A stretch of DNA of 60,629 nucleotides from an uncultured virus (IMG/VR IMGVR_UViG_3300034374_012765) (Duplodnaviria; Heunggongvirae; Uroviricota; Caudoviricetes), in IMG/VR virus record IMGVR_UViG_3300034374_012765. The stretch is one strand, 5' to 3'. The notes beneath the pieces were generated by a model that was given only the letters and a program-made list of their open reading frames with translations, made no database searches and was not told the origin of the DNA. This document shows, one piece after another, positions 9,101 to 19,257 of the stretch. Numbering within the stretch: the stretch's first letter is position 1; each line of letters begins with the position of its first letter. A program made the position numbers and the translations under genes.

Positions 9101-11687
9101 ATCTGTGGTATTCCCCGGTAGGTGTTTGTCCATAGGAAGAACTCCAAAGATCGAAATCAAGAGTCTTAAGATCAAAGAATGAAAATACACCGCTATAAGA
9201 TTTAGCTACATCAAAAACCTTAAATCTAGAATCACTACCCAGATCTATCTTGATCTTCTGATTACTAAGATTAGCAACCAATAGGTCCTGGAATCCACCA
9301 AAACCAGTTACAGTTCCCGAGGATGTAATGGGATCTTCAACGTATCTTGATATTGACTCAATCATACCTATTCCTCCAGTAACTCCAGTTCCCTCGTCTA
9401 CCTCTATCCAGTAGTCTTTTTTAACCTTATCTGAGTCGTCTATACTAAAGGCCACACGACATAATGGATAATCAGTTCCACCTGAGAAATAAACAACTCC
9501 ATTAGTTTCGGAAGCATCTACGCCTCCTATTTTGACGTATCCCTCACTACTGAAAGTCGAATATGGAGACCAATCGTTGGAATCTACATTAGGGGGATTA
9601 TTAGGAGATGATGATGTAGCTGATGGTATACCGGTAGATTCCGTAACCTCATAATATTTTCCTGCATAGAAAACTATGTCACCTAGAGAGAAAGCGGATG
9701 TCCCATTCCAAACACCAGCATAGGAGCTATTAAATGAATCATAGTCCTCGTACAGAACTATAGAAAAATTCCTATTTAGGGAATATCCGGAAGATTTAGA
9801 GGCAATCACAACCGAATTATCTGAGGTTGCACAATCCCAGACAGAGGTATCTATCGACTTTACACATTCAGCAAAAGAGTCTGCAAAGTCGGTTTTTTTC
9901 CCGTCCATCCAATTGAAGTAATGGTAATCTCCAGAGTTATAAGCCTTCCCTTTACCCCATCCGAGAACGCTACCAGAAAAGTTCCCGCTTCGTATTAGAT
10001 CATACCTCCCGCTATCTTCTGAATATGTGCCGTTGGGCCAAAATATCTTAAAAACAACCTCGGAGGGTAAATCAAGTTTTTTTAGAAATTCCACATAGGA
10101 ATTAGCTTTACCCCTAGTCCTGGGTAAAATTCCTGCATAATTTCCTATAAGCTCGTCCGCCCCAGTAAAGTTAGACAAATTCACAGATTTATCAAAAACA
10201 ACCAAGCTACCAGTACTTGCACCAGTATTACCCGTTATCCCAAAATCCCCATTGTAATAGGGACCATATTTGGCATATTCGGGAGTGTTATTACTCCATG
10301 TTTTATTAGAAGAAATATAGTTCTCTGTCCTTTTTAGAGAATAAAATTTATCTCTTTTGTCCGTGATATAGTATAACTTCTGAGGATCATTTACGTTAAC
10401 ATCATAGGAACCCGGTATCCATCCACTGGCGCCTTCATAATATAATCTAACCCCACCGGTACTGCTCTGGAACTGTGGCTTATTATTATAGTAGTAACCC
10501 GTATTATTTCTAGAAGGCTTAGGAAGATTCAGGTTATTGTTAGCGTCTTTGAACCTATAAAAATAATCACCATTCAGCCTAAATTCACCCAGGTCATTAC
10601 GGGAAACATAAAATCCAAAATACCTATTTATAGTATAGAGATCGGAATCCTGGTCATTGAAAAGAAACTCCAAATTTAGGAGTGATGGTGATATGATCCC
10701 ATTTCTAGAAAACCCAGAGGTTACATAATCTTCAAAATCCGACTGAATCATAGAATTAGGAGAGGAGAGATAATCATAGTAAAACTCACCAGACCTGGTA
10801 TAAACTCCATCTTTAATCGATACCCCATTATAATAGGTATACGTATTATTCTCAAGGGAAAAATCTATGGGGTTGTACTTAAATCCTGGATCATTCACTA
10901 TACCACGGATATAGCTTCCTATAAGTGTATCCTCCCTTAAGTCAAAGGTGGCTACTACAGAGCAATTTGGCAAAATCTTGCTGTTAAAAAATTCCTCCAC
11001 ATTATCAACATCAGGCTGATATTTTAGCTCTGTCATTTCAACTACCTTTCCAGTCCCAGAAAGAACGGAGTACGTGGGGTAGTTATCAACACCAGTAAAC
11101 ATGTCATCAGCTACATAAGATATAGGATCACCGAAGTTATCGATCGAGTATGATATGGAAAAAGTCTGTGGGGAATCCGGGTCCTGCACAAGCTTGTATT
11201 CCTTTCCTACAACTATTGTCTCCTGGTTAGTGCTGTATGGATATGAGAGGGGTTCAGGAACCTTGAAGACAACAAAGAATTCCGGAAGCTCCTTCCTTAA
11301 CCAAAGGGGCTGGAAATATCTAAAATTCTCGGTATAATTCCTATCTATTAAAGTGGAAGCACCCGATCCATAAAAGAAATCATACTGCAGATCAAAGTTA
11401 TCTACCGCTTTATTCTCACCGTCAGTAAACTTACCAACTTCAAAGATTATATCATTAGGAACCGCCCCTTCCTCGAAAAAATTATAAACATCCTTAGCGT
11501 ATGGAAGATTACCAGTTACCTGATATTTCTTAAACCTTTGGGAGCTAAGGGTCGGGTTAGCATTAAATGAATTTAACCACACTCCCCCGGTGGAATCTAA
11601 AGTGATCTTGAGATTCCCAGTCAGGAGAGGATTGGTTCTAAGAACCCCGAAGGATGTATTATAGTCAAAGAGTTTTGGTGAAGACAT
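6162..11687 (-). CDS. Very large virion (baseplate/tail) protein with an internal CBM5/12-like carbohydrate-binding module
   Basis: 1841 aa ORF in the structural operon; WNGTSAFSLGDIVFYAGKYYEV...DW fits the CBM5/12 pattern. Confidence 0.6.
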   Translation of the reverse strand: MSSPKLFDYNTSFGVLRTNPLLTGNLKITLDSTGGVWLNSFNANPTLSSQRFKKYQVTGNLPYAKDVYNFFEEGAVPNDIIFEVGKFTDGENKAVDNFDLQYDFFYGSGASTLIDRNYTENFRYFQPLWLRKELPEFFVVFKVPEPLSYPYSTNQETIVVGKEYKLVQDPDSPQTFSISYSIDNFGDPISYVADDMFTGVDNYPTYSVLSGTGKVVEMTELKYQPDVDNVEEFFNSKILPNCSVVATFDLREDTLIGSYIRGIVNDPGFKYNPIDFSLENNTYTYYNGVSIKDGVYTRSGEFYYDYLSSPNSMIQSDFEDYVTSGFSRNGIISPSLLNLEFLFNDQDSDLYTINRYFGFYVSRNDLGEFRLNGDYFYRFKDANNNLNLPKPSRNNTGYYYNNKPQFQSSTGGVRLYYEGASGWIPGSYDVNVNDPQKLYYITDKRDKFYSLKRTENYISSNKTWSNNTPEYAKYGPYYNGDFGITGNTGASTGSLVVFDKSVNLSNFTGADELIGNYAGILPRTRGKANSYVEFLKKLDLPSEVVFKIFWPNGTYSEDSGRYDLIRSGNFSGSVLGWGKGKAYNSGDYHYFNWMDGKKTDFADSFAECVKSIDTSVWDCATSDNSVVIASKSSGYSLNRNFSIVLYEDYDSFNSSYAGVWNGTSAFSLGDIVFYAGKYYEVTESTGIPSATSSSPNNPPNVDSNDWSPYSTFSSEGYVKIGGVDASETNGVVYFSGGTDYPLCRVAFSIDDSDKVKKDYWIEVDEGTGVTGGIGMIESISRYVEDPITSSGTVTGFGGFQDLLVANLSNQKIKIDLGSDSRFKVFDVAKSYSGVFSFFDLKTLDFDLWSSSYGQTPTGEYHRYFDLIPGVSGQIVENAKYLVMKGSVRVDRGLPSERVLGSGSAFIGSSVSIFYDEGIAIDGTPSVVVPAIFTQVFWDNPSTIYDVGSIKFEENLDAFDGFYGIQSIDSDEQVPSDENKGALFEYGKLESEYEYLRENYTQRRANRSKIVPYINKWGYFGGTDARGNSYRLNVSPAFSPTNFSPSFEREIPDPKYLTHEWMLLEGIPPGYPVDKINDQRNYLPGAVDLDLIQSADPSDYLYFSSFFTVDSLDYPSPYNSGDNFTKELFTPFFYNQATGYYDTVFRGVKMSLKRKSNVANPTTDSEKFISNYRGFEDYKFSAVLRVVDETPDTIQSPVSYEFIENTQQKSILFICNIVVNDYRAFNLNDPGPTGAFVDYTLLYSMVDKKKDLQIGVTAGVAGGLQLYGLSDVKLSSALDLSVVSPSSVTETTNPGFIYIIPNQSYDTDLREEINLIYPVGGTGSLGLTGPGSFDVPAISSKYPWPIGRSKNLVSFGPIGTNYEFDIPFAFSSPATVPIGSQSTYRGNPVFQIGGGVNNMAYIMRRISLSQISERVNSESQYISYTTYYWDEDTLSTKSRSNNFLMRLEKPTSFLRNSGLAPIKSYAGPQTLGQTEPTGYRISDGGRSYASDILRYAGSYEPLFDKVIRYKGDKGDTVTGYTAADLSYRNCTFAPEKKDFGLLKNLNYSKVDRGSNILSASEELPSGPVYPLIGQTPIDRKNFSIFLSSWDPGYYNLYSNSTTQTPVAGTRSMRENKSFLGSKMMQTPYLITSYTFITLEISRISGSTDIQLINDNARASVSQIQNIGPSNSNKGVGQLGTAFSSVDLQSVDEGIYPDVEVFWQKDDLNNKLVGSIRLDRILRRYLLNAGIDKVFVDNIISEYGVGDPNSIEDDINAYIDNNIAPIYQGITFDMYVKKTGTDLSSTEILLRGDLINPDRVRYRYYLNDNYRLTRRNSLSYTFELPLEAGSNYSTTFTFQIEKI

Positions 11688-11707
11688 ATTTTTCCCTTTA
11701 TCCTATC

Positions 11708-14700
11708 TTATCCAATAATCCGTGAGGAAGTAAAGTTTGGAGAAGAAAGGGTATCATTTTTATATTTTCCGGTAACTTCAACGTCAAATGAGAATGGACT
11801 CTGGTTTTTAACCTGTATATCTATCCCCGCTTTTTTAGTGTATGTAATATTAGTTGGGTTACCATCAGCTCTAAATCCTCCTATATTACCAAGAGCATCC
11901 GTAGCTCTAAATTGAAATATGAGAGGTACATTTATGGAACCGGAAGAATCCGCTATATTCTTGGTAGCTAGTTGTGTTGACCCCTCGACCTGGATAAGAG
12001 ATGCAGTTGGTGGTCCAAGAAAGAGGTAAGCACCACAAGTGTATCTCCCGATTAGATATAAATCATCCTCAGTAAATCCTAATTTCTGTGGGTACATACC
12101 ATCATCTCTAACTGAAGCTGTTGGGCCAGTCACAAAATCTTCAGAGACTTCCTGATACCCTAGCTGCATAAAGTTACTTGGTAGAGTTGTGTCGACATAG
12201 AAATAATCAGATTGCCTGAAATACGGGTAAACTACCACATCGTTACTAAAATCTGGTTTAACTAGATTTTCAAAATCTATTCCAGAGCCGGTATTTAGAA
12301 TAGGGTGATTCTTATGTATACAGAACTCCGAAAGTGTTCCATTGCCAGCTGGGGTGTATGATCCGGTACTTCCGCTATATGTTCCATTCCAAACGTTAGC
12401 ATTCGTACCAGAAGCTGTGGGGACTGAAGCAACCACGGGATCGAAGGGCAAAAGCTGGCTTCCATTCCTAGGTAAACCGTCCGTGTCCCCAGTATATGCA
12501 TATGAAGAATTAAAAGCGGATGGCTGGATATAGAGGTCGTTGTCTAGACCTACACTCCTCCATCTGGGATATAAATACTGGCTACTCGAATTACCCGAAG
12601 CATACGGTGGTGCCTGCCTGAATAATTGAAAAGAGGTATCAGTAGCCAGGGATGAACCTGGAACAACAATGTCCGACGGATTGAGTGATGTGATGGATAT
12701 AGGAACCTCACCATATCTTAAATTTGTGCTGTATCCGGAAGGAAGAGGATAAGTACTATCAGTTCCTGCCAAAACACTTAATCCACCGGGCAAAATGGAG
12801 GAAAGTTCCAGCACACCCGCAGAAGAATTACTGATCCGGATCTCATAGATAGAGGAAGCTATTTTACCAGCGTCCCCACCAGCTGTAGTTGGTGTTTCAT
12901 ATATCTGATTATAGAAACCTCCACTAATCTTGATAGTCGATCCATTCTCCACAATCTGAGAATTACCCGACGAGTCAACAATTGAGACCTCCAGAATTCC
13001 TGCTGCACTGGTGAGTCTTGCACTCAATGAGTTAATTTGGTCCTGTAACTCTGTTATCTTTCTGAGTAGATCAACCGGACTCCCTGAGCTATCATAGAAT
13101 CCACTCGCAATCGAGTCGGATCCGAGATAATAAACCTTATCACCCGTTGTGAACTGTTGAGAAAGAAGGCCATCGATTCCTTTTGAGGAAAGATCCTGTT
13201 GAACCTGTAAAACTGCAGCATCCTTAAGGTTGTTATTCATATTAGCAGCAGTACTTTGTGTACTCGCATCCTCAGGAAAAGCTATAATTACAGATTCACT
13301 AAAATCAGACATTGCAGGATTATCTGGCCACCCTGCTTCAGAGATGGATCTTATTCTGACCTCCACCCTCTCTCCCTTAGTTATGGGAATATCAAGCTGA
13401 TTTATATTTATATTATCAGCATTATCTGGCTGCTCCTCGACCCATACGTATGTTCCAGTATTGGGGTCATATACTTTTTGTCTGATCTCACTCTTTATCT
13501 CATTCCAATTGGAAAAAGCCCCGGTTTTCTCCTGTCCGTTTTCATCAACATAGTTAATCTGATCCACTGCTGGGGAAGCCCCAGAATCGCTAAGATACCT
13601 GTATTGTATCAGGAATTGTATAACATTCTGAGGACCAGTTAGAGGGCTATCCTTAGCTGCAGGCATTGCCCAAAACCCCCTGGCCCTATATTTCGGAGCC
13701 ACTGAAATTTGAGGGGTGGATTCGGATAAAGTTGTTATATCAGAAACAACGGAAGTCAGCAATTGCTGTTTCTGCACCCTTTGTTCGGTAAGGGAGATTA
13801 AACTAGCTTGTTGCGATTGATTAGAATTACCTGTTGTTCTAGAGGAGTTAGCACGCGAAATCGCATTAGAAGACCCAAGAACGGCAGAATTAGAAGCACT
13901 GTTGATTGAAGATCTCACTCTCGAGATGGAATTATCTATCTGGGATATTTCGCTCTGGAGTGTAGACTTTAGGGCAACCTTTTCATTCAAAGTTTGAACA
14001 TCCGTTCCCTGAGTTAACTGCTTGTTTATCTGTACTACCTTGAAGTTGCTCGCAGATAAAACCGGTGGGTTGGGAAGCTCAGCATTAATAGCTGCTATTT
14101 TTTTCTCCTTAGCCATTCCTAGGAAAATTTGTCCTATATCAGCCACGTTACTTAGGTAAAACTGCTCTAGAGTTCTAACCCCAGATTGTGTATTTATATT
14201 GAGATTATTACTAAAGAAAATTATACCAGTAGACCAGGTAGATCCGACTATATTATAGTTGTCGTCGATCTTTTTAAAGAATATTCCCTGTCTCTCGTCA
14301 AATCCAATATTAACCTGTATAGTTCTCTCACTAAATTGAGTGGAAAGGAGAGTCAGAGTGTCACTTCCTATTTCTATAGGCTGATAGCCAGAAGTCCTTT
14401 TTAACTGTACAGAAGTTTCCTCTATATTTACACTCGTTATACGGTATCTAGAACCATCAGCGGTTAGGAGGGTATCACCGACTCTCAATGTCTTACCGTC
14501 GGTTACATTAGTGGATGTATCCGTGTAATTTACCGTGGTAAGCTTATAATTTCTCCTTGTTTCCTCAGTGGATCTGCCATTAGCATCAGTAAGGGTCACA
14601 ACATCATCATAAAATGATATCACGCCGAAATTACCCTTGTTCCTGATGGTCCTAAGTGGAAGATCTATATTATCCTCATCGATAAAATATAATATTCCAG

Positions 14701-15268
14701 CATCATCCAGGGCTTCTATAAATGCCTCCTCGGTTAGATCGTTTCGTCCGCTTAAAGACTGATCAAAGTAATTTTTCTTCTCCTCAGTATCGGTGTTTGC
14801 TATGATCCTCTTTACTCTTACCCGATCTGCATCATCCTCGATCTGACCAGTAACATCTACAGTTATGTACAGAAGAGGAGTTAGAAAACTCTCAAAGAAC
14901 CAGTTGTCCCTAGTATCAAAAGTGCTAGGAACCTGCAAGTTTTGGAGAGGTGTAGGATCCTTCACCGGCTGGGATTTATAAACCTGGGAATATGTGCCAT
15001 CAGGGTTTCTAACAGTAGCAAAGTTATCACCTAATCCAGCCAAAGATTGTATATTGGAATCTAATCTTTGTATTTGAGATCTGAGATATCCATAGCCTGG
15101 CAGATTGGCAAAAGAGGGTAATCCATCCTCGTCCAAAACCTCTATCTGCACACTATCGCTGGTCGATGTTGCTACCTCGTTTAGTCCATTTATTATTTCT
15201 ATGGAATTCTTCTGAAGTCTTAAAAACTGAGCTACTAAAGAGCTAATTGAATTTTGTGTAGATGCCAT
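11708..15268 (-). CDS. Large virion structural protein with coiled-coil and Fn3-like segments
   Basis: 1186 aa; coiled coil near aa 420-510; VEVRIRSISEAGWP...SDFSES resembles an Fn3 C-terminal strand. Confidence 0.55.
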   Translation of the reverse strand: MASTQNSISSLVAQFLRLQKNSIEIINGLNEVATSTSDSVQIEVLDEDGLPSFANLPGYGYLRSQIQRLDSNIQSLAGLGDNFATVRNPDGTYSQVYKSQPVKDPTPLQNLQVPSTFDTRDNWFFESFLTPLLYITVDVTGQIEDDADRVRVKRIIANTDTEEKKNYFDQSLSGRNDLTEEAFIEALDDAGILYFIDEDNIDLPLRTIRNKGNFGVISFYDDVVTLTDANGRSTEETRRNYKLTTVNYTDTSTNVTDGKTLRVGDTLLTADGSRYRITSVNIEETSVQLKRTSGYQPIEIGSDTLTLLSTQFSERTIQVNIGFDERQGIFFKKIDDNYNIVGSTWSTGIIFFSNNLNINTQSGVRTLEQFYLSNVADIGQIFLGMAKEKKIAAINAELPNPPVLSASNFKVVQINKQLTQGTDVQTLNEKVALKSTLQSEISQIDNSISRVRSSINSASNSAVLGSSNAISRANSSRTTGNSNQSQQASLISLTEQRVQKQQLLTSVVSDITTLSESTPQISVAPKYRARGFWAMPAAKDSPLTGPQNVIQFLIQYRYLSDSGASPAVDQINYVDENGQEKTGAFSNWNEIKSEIRQKVYDPNTGTYVWVEEQPDNADNININQLDIPITKGERVEVRIRSISEAGWPDNPAMSDFSESVIIAFPEDASTQSTAANMNNNLKDAAVLQVQQDLSSKGIDGLLSQQFTTGDKVYYLGSDSIASGFYDSSGSPVDLLRKITELQDQINSLSARLTSAAGILEVSIVDSSGNSQIVENGSTIKISGGFYNQIYETPTTAGGDAGKIASSIYEIRISNSSAGVLELSSILPGGLSVLAGTDSTYPLPSGYSTNLRYGEVPISITSLNPSDIVVPGSSLATDTSFQLFRQAPPYASGNSSSQYLYPRWRSVGLDNDLYIQPSAFNSSYAYTGDTDGLPRNGSQLLPFDPVVASVPTASGTNANVWNGTYSGSTGSYTPAGNGTLSEFCIHKNHPILNTGSGIDFENLVKPDFSNDVVVYPYFRQSDYFYVDTTLPSNFMQLGYQEVSEDFVTGPTASVRDDGMYPQKLGFTEDDLYLIGRYTCGAYLFLGPPTASLIQVEGSTQLATKNIADSSGSINVPLIFQFRATDALGNIGGFRADGNPTNITYTKKAGIDIQVKNQSPFSFDVEVTGKYKNDTLSSPNFTSSRIIG

Positions 15269-15284
15269 TTTTTACTTTAAAATT

Positions 15285-17495
15285 TTACCCATTGTTAGTT
15301 AAACTTTTTCCTATTATGTCGGCTTGAAAAACCAAGTTGTCTGGATCGACACAAACAATGTCTATCACAGGCAGATAGTCATAGGTGCTAACATCCGAAT
15401 CAACTAGAGAAATTATCAACGACGAGTAGCTAACCCCGCTAGGGTTCGACAGTGGATATCTACCGGCAGCGTCAGTAAGGAAGGTTATGTTGAAATCCCC
15501 GGGTATAATCTGATCGCCGAAGCTAAATCTCATAACCTGACCCCTTTGCCATCTAGAGGTAAGATCACTCACCTGTATAACAAGATCTGATGAGAGAGTA
15601 ATAGGAACCCCGTCATTAACGTGTTTCAAGTAGTTTGTGTAATTAACCAGCGTAACCACATTCGGGGAGGAGTTTTGTAAAGTTACTGTGCCAAGATTAG
15701 ATCCGATATTAAAATCCTGATTGTTATTGGATATAGTGACCTGATCCGGAACACTTCTATCTACGATAACACCAGATCCCTGTTTTATGCCATCAAGATT
15801 ATATGAAATCTCAACTGAGGTCTCATTATTAACTATGGCTCTTATAAGCTCGTAGTTCTGATTTATTAGAGACATAACAGCTTGAGTATTGTTAAAAAGG
15901 GCCTGATTGGAAGCATAGGAGCTTTCCAGGGAAGCTATTCTCCTATCTAGATTGGCAGTTGTATCGGTAGAAAGAGTGAGATTCTCTAGATTAGAAACTC
16001 TGTTCTCCAGTTGGGTGTAAGTGGAAGCACTGTTGTTCAGGGTAGAGGAAGCATCCTGAAGAACGTTCATGGCATCCATGAACATGGTCAAGGAAAAAGG
16101 TGAATAATCGTTTATAGCCTGTTCTACCCCGGTCTGGTCAATATCTACATCGAACTTGATATTAAGTTTTAAACCATAGGAATTTCCATTGAGTTTGGAT
16201 ACAACATTTGGTTTAAATTTCTTAAATGCTGGTATACTGTATATGTCAGAACCGACAGACTGGACATCATCCAAAAATAATACCCCATATAAATTAGTAG
16301 CGGAATCCGAAGGTACTGCAGGATCATAAACATCATAATAAATCAAGACACAATTAAAATCGAAATCCTCAGATATGGAGGTGGAATTAAACTCCTCTAT
16401 GGTGCTTATGGAAGCGTCATCCACGACCTGCTTATACGAGTCAGGGTCGAAGTCTATACCAATGGAATCTAATCTGGTTCTAACATATTTCTGGAATCCC
16501 GCACCTCCAGTAGCTCCACTATATGATTTGGAAAGTATCTGGGAAGTAGTATCGGTAAATGAGGAATCACTAAAATAAGTATTAGCGGTATCTCTTGGGC
16601 TATACCAATTTCCATCACCAGTAGCCCCATCTGAGGTATCCTCAAAGGTTACCGTGGGTGATCCCAAGACATCATCATCAAAAATGGCTAAGTTGGTAAG
16701 TCCGCTTGGATTTAATTCGTCATATGCTCTACCAGTCAGATACTCGGTATCTAAGGGATCCGAGGGACTGTTGGTCCACTGGTAATCAGGATAATAATTA
16801 CTATCAACCACATTCTTAAATAGAACAGTTGGAGTGTTACCGTCCTTGGTAGGTACATGCACATATACTTCCGAATATGTGTTATTGTTATTTTTAACCG
16901 AGTTAACTATATCAAGATTCCCTATGTATTGAACAACTCTATTATAAGTGGATCCAGTTAAACCATAAGATCCAGTCCCACCAGAAGGGTCCCCCTCAAC
17001 GTACCTCTTTTGTGTAACCGGGAGGGAATCAACTACAGTGACCGTATTTTGGTCTAGTGCTGAAACCACCTGATCGCTAGAAGCAGGCTGGAATCTAATA
17101 GCCCCGAGTTCTTTTAGCCACTTAAAGAATACTCTCTCAGAAACATTCTGCTTTAAATCCGAGTCATATACATCAGAACTAAGGATGGTGGTCTCCAAAT
17201 TTAAACAGTAGCTTTGAAAGCTCTGCGAAAAGTCGATATTAGCATTACCTGTAATAATTTTACCAGCGCTAGTAGCCTTGTCCAAGAAAGCACCATCAGG
17301 TGCGTTCAGTTTAATGGAGTTTCCGAGGGGATCTCCGGAATTTATTTGCGGTATATCGAGTAGAGCAAATTTAGAAAACTTAAATTTGTTTACCGAATTA
17401 TTAAACGTAAAGGATAAATCCTCCGCAGCAGAAGAGAAGGCGTAAAACGTTCCGCCCTGTACTTGTAGAGGCCTTATAAAAGGTGTTTTTGCCAT
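15285..17495 (-). CDS. Virion structural protein (baseplate/tail associated)
   Basis: 736 aa, D/S/T/N-rich, short coiled coil, operon context. Confidence 0.55.
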   Translation of the reverse strand: MAKTPFIRPLQVQGGTFYAFSSAAEDLSFTFNNSVNKFKFSKFALLDIPQINSGDPLGNSIKLNAPDGAFLDKATSAGKIITGNANIDFSQSFQSYCLNLETTILSSDVYDSDLKQNVSERVFFKWLKELGAIRFQPASSDQVVSALDQNTVTVVDSLPVTQKRYVEGDPSGGTGSYGLTGSTYNRVVQYIGNLDIVNSVKNNNNTYSEVYVHVPTKDGNTPTVLFKNVVDSNYYPDYQWTNSPSDPLDTEYLTGRAYDELNPSGLTNLAIFDDDVLGSPTVTFEDTSDGATGDGNWYSPRDTANTYFSDSSFTDTTSQILSKSYSGATGGAGFQKYVRTRLDSIGIDFDPDSYKQVVDDASISTIEEFNSTSISEDFDFNCVLIYYDVYDPAVPSDSATNLYGVLFLDDVQSVGSDIYSIPAFKKFKPNVVSKLNGNSYGLKLNIKFDVDIDQTGVEQAINDYSPFSLTMFMDAMNVLQDASSTLNNSASTYTQLENRVSNLENLTLSTDTTANLDRRIASLESSYASNQALFNNTQAVMSLINQNYELIRAIVNNETSVEISYNLDGIKQGSGVIVDRSVPDQVTISNNNQDFNIGSNLGTVTLQNSSPNVVTLVNYTNYLKHVNDGVPITLSSDLVIQVSDLTSRWQRGQVMRFSFGDQIIPGDFNITFLTDAAGRYPLSNPSGVSYSSLIISLVDSDVSTYDYLPVIDIVCVDPDNLVFQADIIGKSLTNNG

Positions 17496-17515
17496 CTATC
17501 TTTGCTTTTTTATTA

Positions 17516-18397
17516 TTACCAGGTCATATTAGTAGATCCGAGTACTACCCACGATCCTTCCTGATTTCCGGTGCCTTTACCAATTCTAGGCTCCCACTGG
17601 AGCTGAATTGATGATTGATAAGGTTTGCCACCATCTACGGTAATTCCGGTAGACGGGAATTCCCCGTAACTGCTAACCGTGTTAAATCCGGTATATGCTG
17701 AACTTTGTACACCAGTTTTAATACTTCCCGATGTATTATCAGTGTTCACTATGGTTACTCTTAAACCAGCAGGGAGATTGGATGCAGTTCCACCTGTCGT
17801 ACCTACGCTTAAATAAAGGCCAGAGCTACAACTAGCATAAATTACATCTTCTAGTCCCGTAATAGCATATGGTGTTCCTGAGGTAGTCGTTATTCCACCC
17901 CCACCAGTGGCAGAATTAGGGAATGCAGTTCCTGCAGTGATGCCGGGGGATACCGTGGTGTTCTGACTCCTGATGTTACCAGTTAGATACCCATAAGTTA
18001 ATGAAGAATTTAGAGAGGAAGCTCCATTTAAATTGGTAGAACCAGAGAAAGTTGTTGTTCCGCTCTGATTTAAGTTACCCGACAGAGTGAAGGTACCGCT
18101 ACCTGTCAGGGTTGTAGTGCTAATGCTTTGGAAACTACCAGCTCCAGTGGATGTTATCTGTGCTAGTGCTGTTCCCCCGCTTGGGATCGTGATTGAATCG
18201 AATTTACCAGTCTTCGCTGATATTCTCCCAGTGGATGCATTTGTAAGATCCAATATACCATTGGTTGAATCTATACCAAAGGTGTTATTGTATGCATTAA
18301 TCCAATTCTCCAATAATAGAAAATTAGAATTAAGTGTTGTCCTTGAGGAAGAAATCGAGTCAGATCCTAGAATCGTTGTTGTGCTTACTGTGGCCAT
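17516..18397 (-). CDS. Thr/Ser/Gly-rich fibre-like structural protein (start revised to MATVST)
   Basis: DSISSSRTTLNSNF N-terminal anchor motif; a GATATATA motif lies between the ORF-track start and this ATG. Confidence 0.65.
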   Translation of the reverse strand: MATVSTTTILGSDSISSSRTTLNSNFLLLENWINAYNNTFGIDSTNGILDLTNASTGRISAKTGKFDSITIPSGGTALAQITSTGAGSFQSISTTTLTGSGTFTLSGNLNQSGTTTFSGSTNLNGASSLNSSLTYGYLTGNIRSQNTTVSPGITAGTAFPNSATGGGGITTTSGTPYAITGLEDVIYASCSSGLYLSVGTTGGTASNLPAGLRVTIVNTDNTSGSIKTGVQSSAYTGFNTVSSYGEFPSTGITVDGGKPYQSSIQLQWEPRIGKGTGNQEGSWVVLGSTNMTW

Positions 18398-18432
18398 TTG
18401 ATGTAAATTTTTTGATTTCCTTAGTTTTGAAA

Positions 18433-18440
18433 TATATATC
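18433..18440 (-). promoter_or_regulatory. Putative late promoter GATATATA
   Basis: Divergent intergenic region heading the large structural operon. Confidence 0.6.
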
Positions 18441-18464
18441 ACATCCATTTTCAAACTCTAAAAT

Positions 18465-19253
18465 ATGCTTGGAAATAAACACTCCCATAGGAGAGTATAT
18501 GATTTGAAGCTTAATAAATCCGAATTGAGACTGATTGATTCGGACAAACCCAAGCTTGTCCCGGTCATTATATGTACCTGGATGAGGGTAGAAGGGTTCA
18601 ATAAAGTGGTGGAAGCCCTAAATAAACAGACAAACAAGAACTTCAAGCTGTTTATATGGAACAACAATTCGGATATTACCGAGGATATACTAGATATATT
18701 AACAAAAAAAGCATCCTTTAGCTCAGAGATTTTCGAAAGCGATTTTAATATAGGAGGGTTTGGTAGATTCTATTTTGCAAATCACCTATATGGAAATCCA
18801 GAATTGAGCAGGTATTGCATCTTCATAGATGACGACCAAACGTTTGAGGAAGATACGATAGAAAAATTCTTAAAAGAGGCCCTACCTAAGACCATACTTT
18901 CCCAGTGGTCCTGGAAATTTAATTCAACGAGATACTTCGGAAGAGAAAACAGGATACTAGTTGACCCACACGAAGAAGTTCACCACTGTGGAACTGGGGG
19001 TATGGTAGCAGATATGGAAATATTCATGGAAAAAGGTCTCTATGAATGTCCAAAGAAATACTGGTTTATAGAGGATCTCTGGCTTTCATACTTCTCAAGT
19101 CATAAAAAAGGATATAAACTACTAAAGAGTTCCACAGTATTTAAGAACGGGTCAGATAAGTATAATCTGAACGATATAGTAAAAGATCAAAAAGAAACCA
19201 TGCTAGCCGAATTGATAGAAGATCTAGGATGGAGCATACTCAAAAATAATTAA
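18465..19253 (+). CDS. Glycosyltransferase, GT-A fold (family 2-like)
   Basis: VIICTW..R, ALNKQTNKNFKLFIWNN, NIGGFGRF, IFIDDD (DxD) and IEDLWLS motifs; exact start uncertain. Confidence 0.8.
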   Translation: MLGNKHSHRRVYDLKLNKSELRLIDSDKPKLVPVIICTWMRVEGFNKVVEALNKQTNKNFKLFIWNNNSDITEDILDILTKKASFSSEIFESDFNIGGFGRFYFANHLYGNPELSRYCIFIDDDQTFEEDTIEKFLKEALPKTILSQWSWKFNSTRYFGRENRILVDPHEEVHHCGTGGMVADMEIFMEKGLYECPKKYWFIEDLWLSYFSSHKKGYKLLKSSTVFKNGSDKYNLNDIVKDQKETMLAELIEDLGWSILKNN

Positions 19254-19257
19254 AAAA

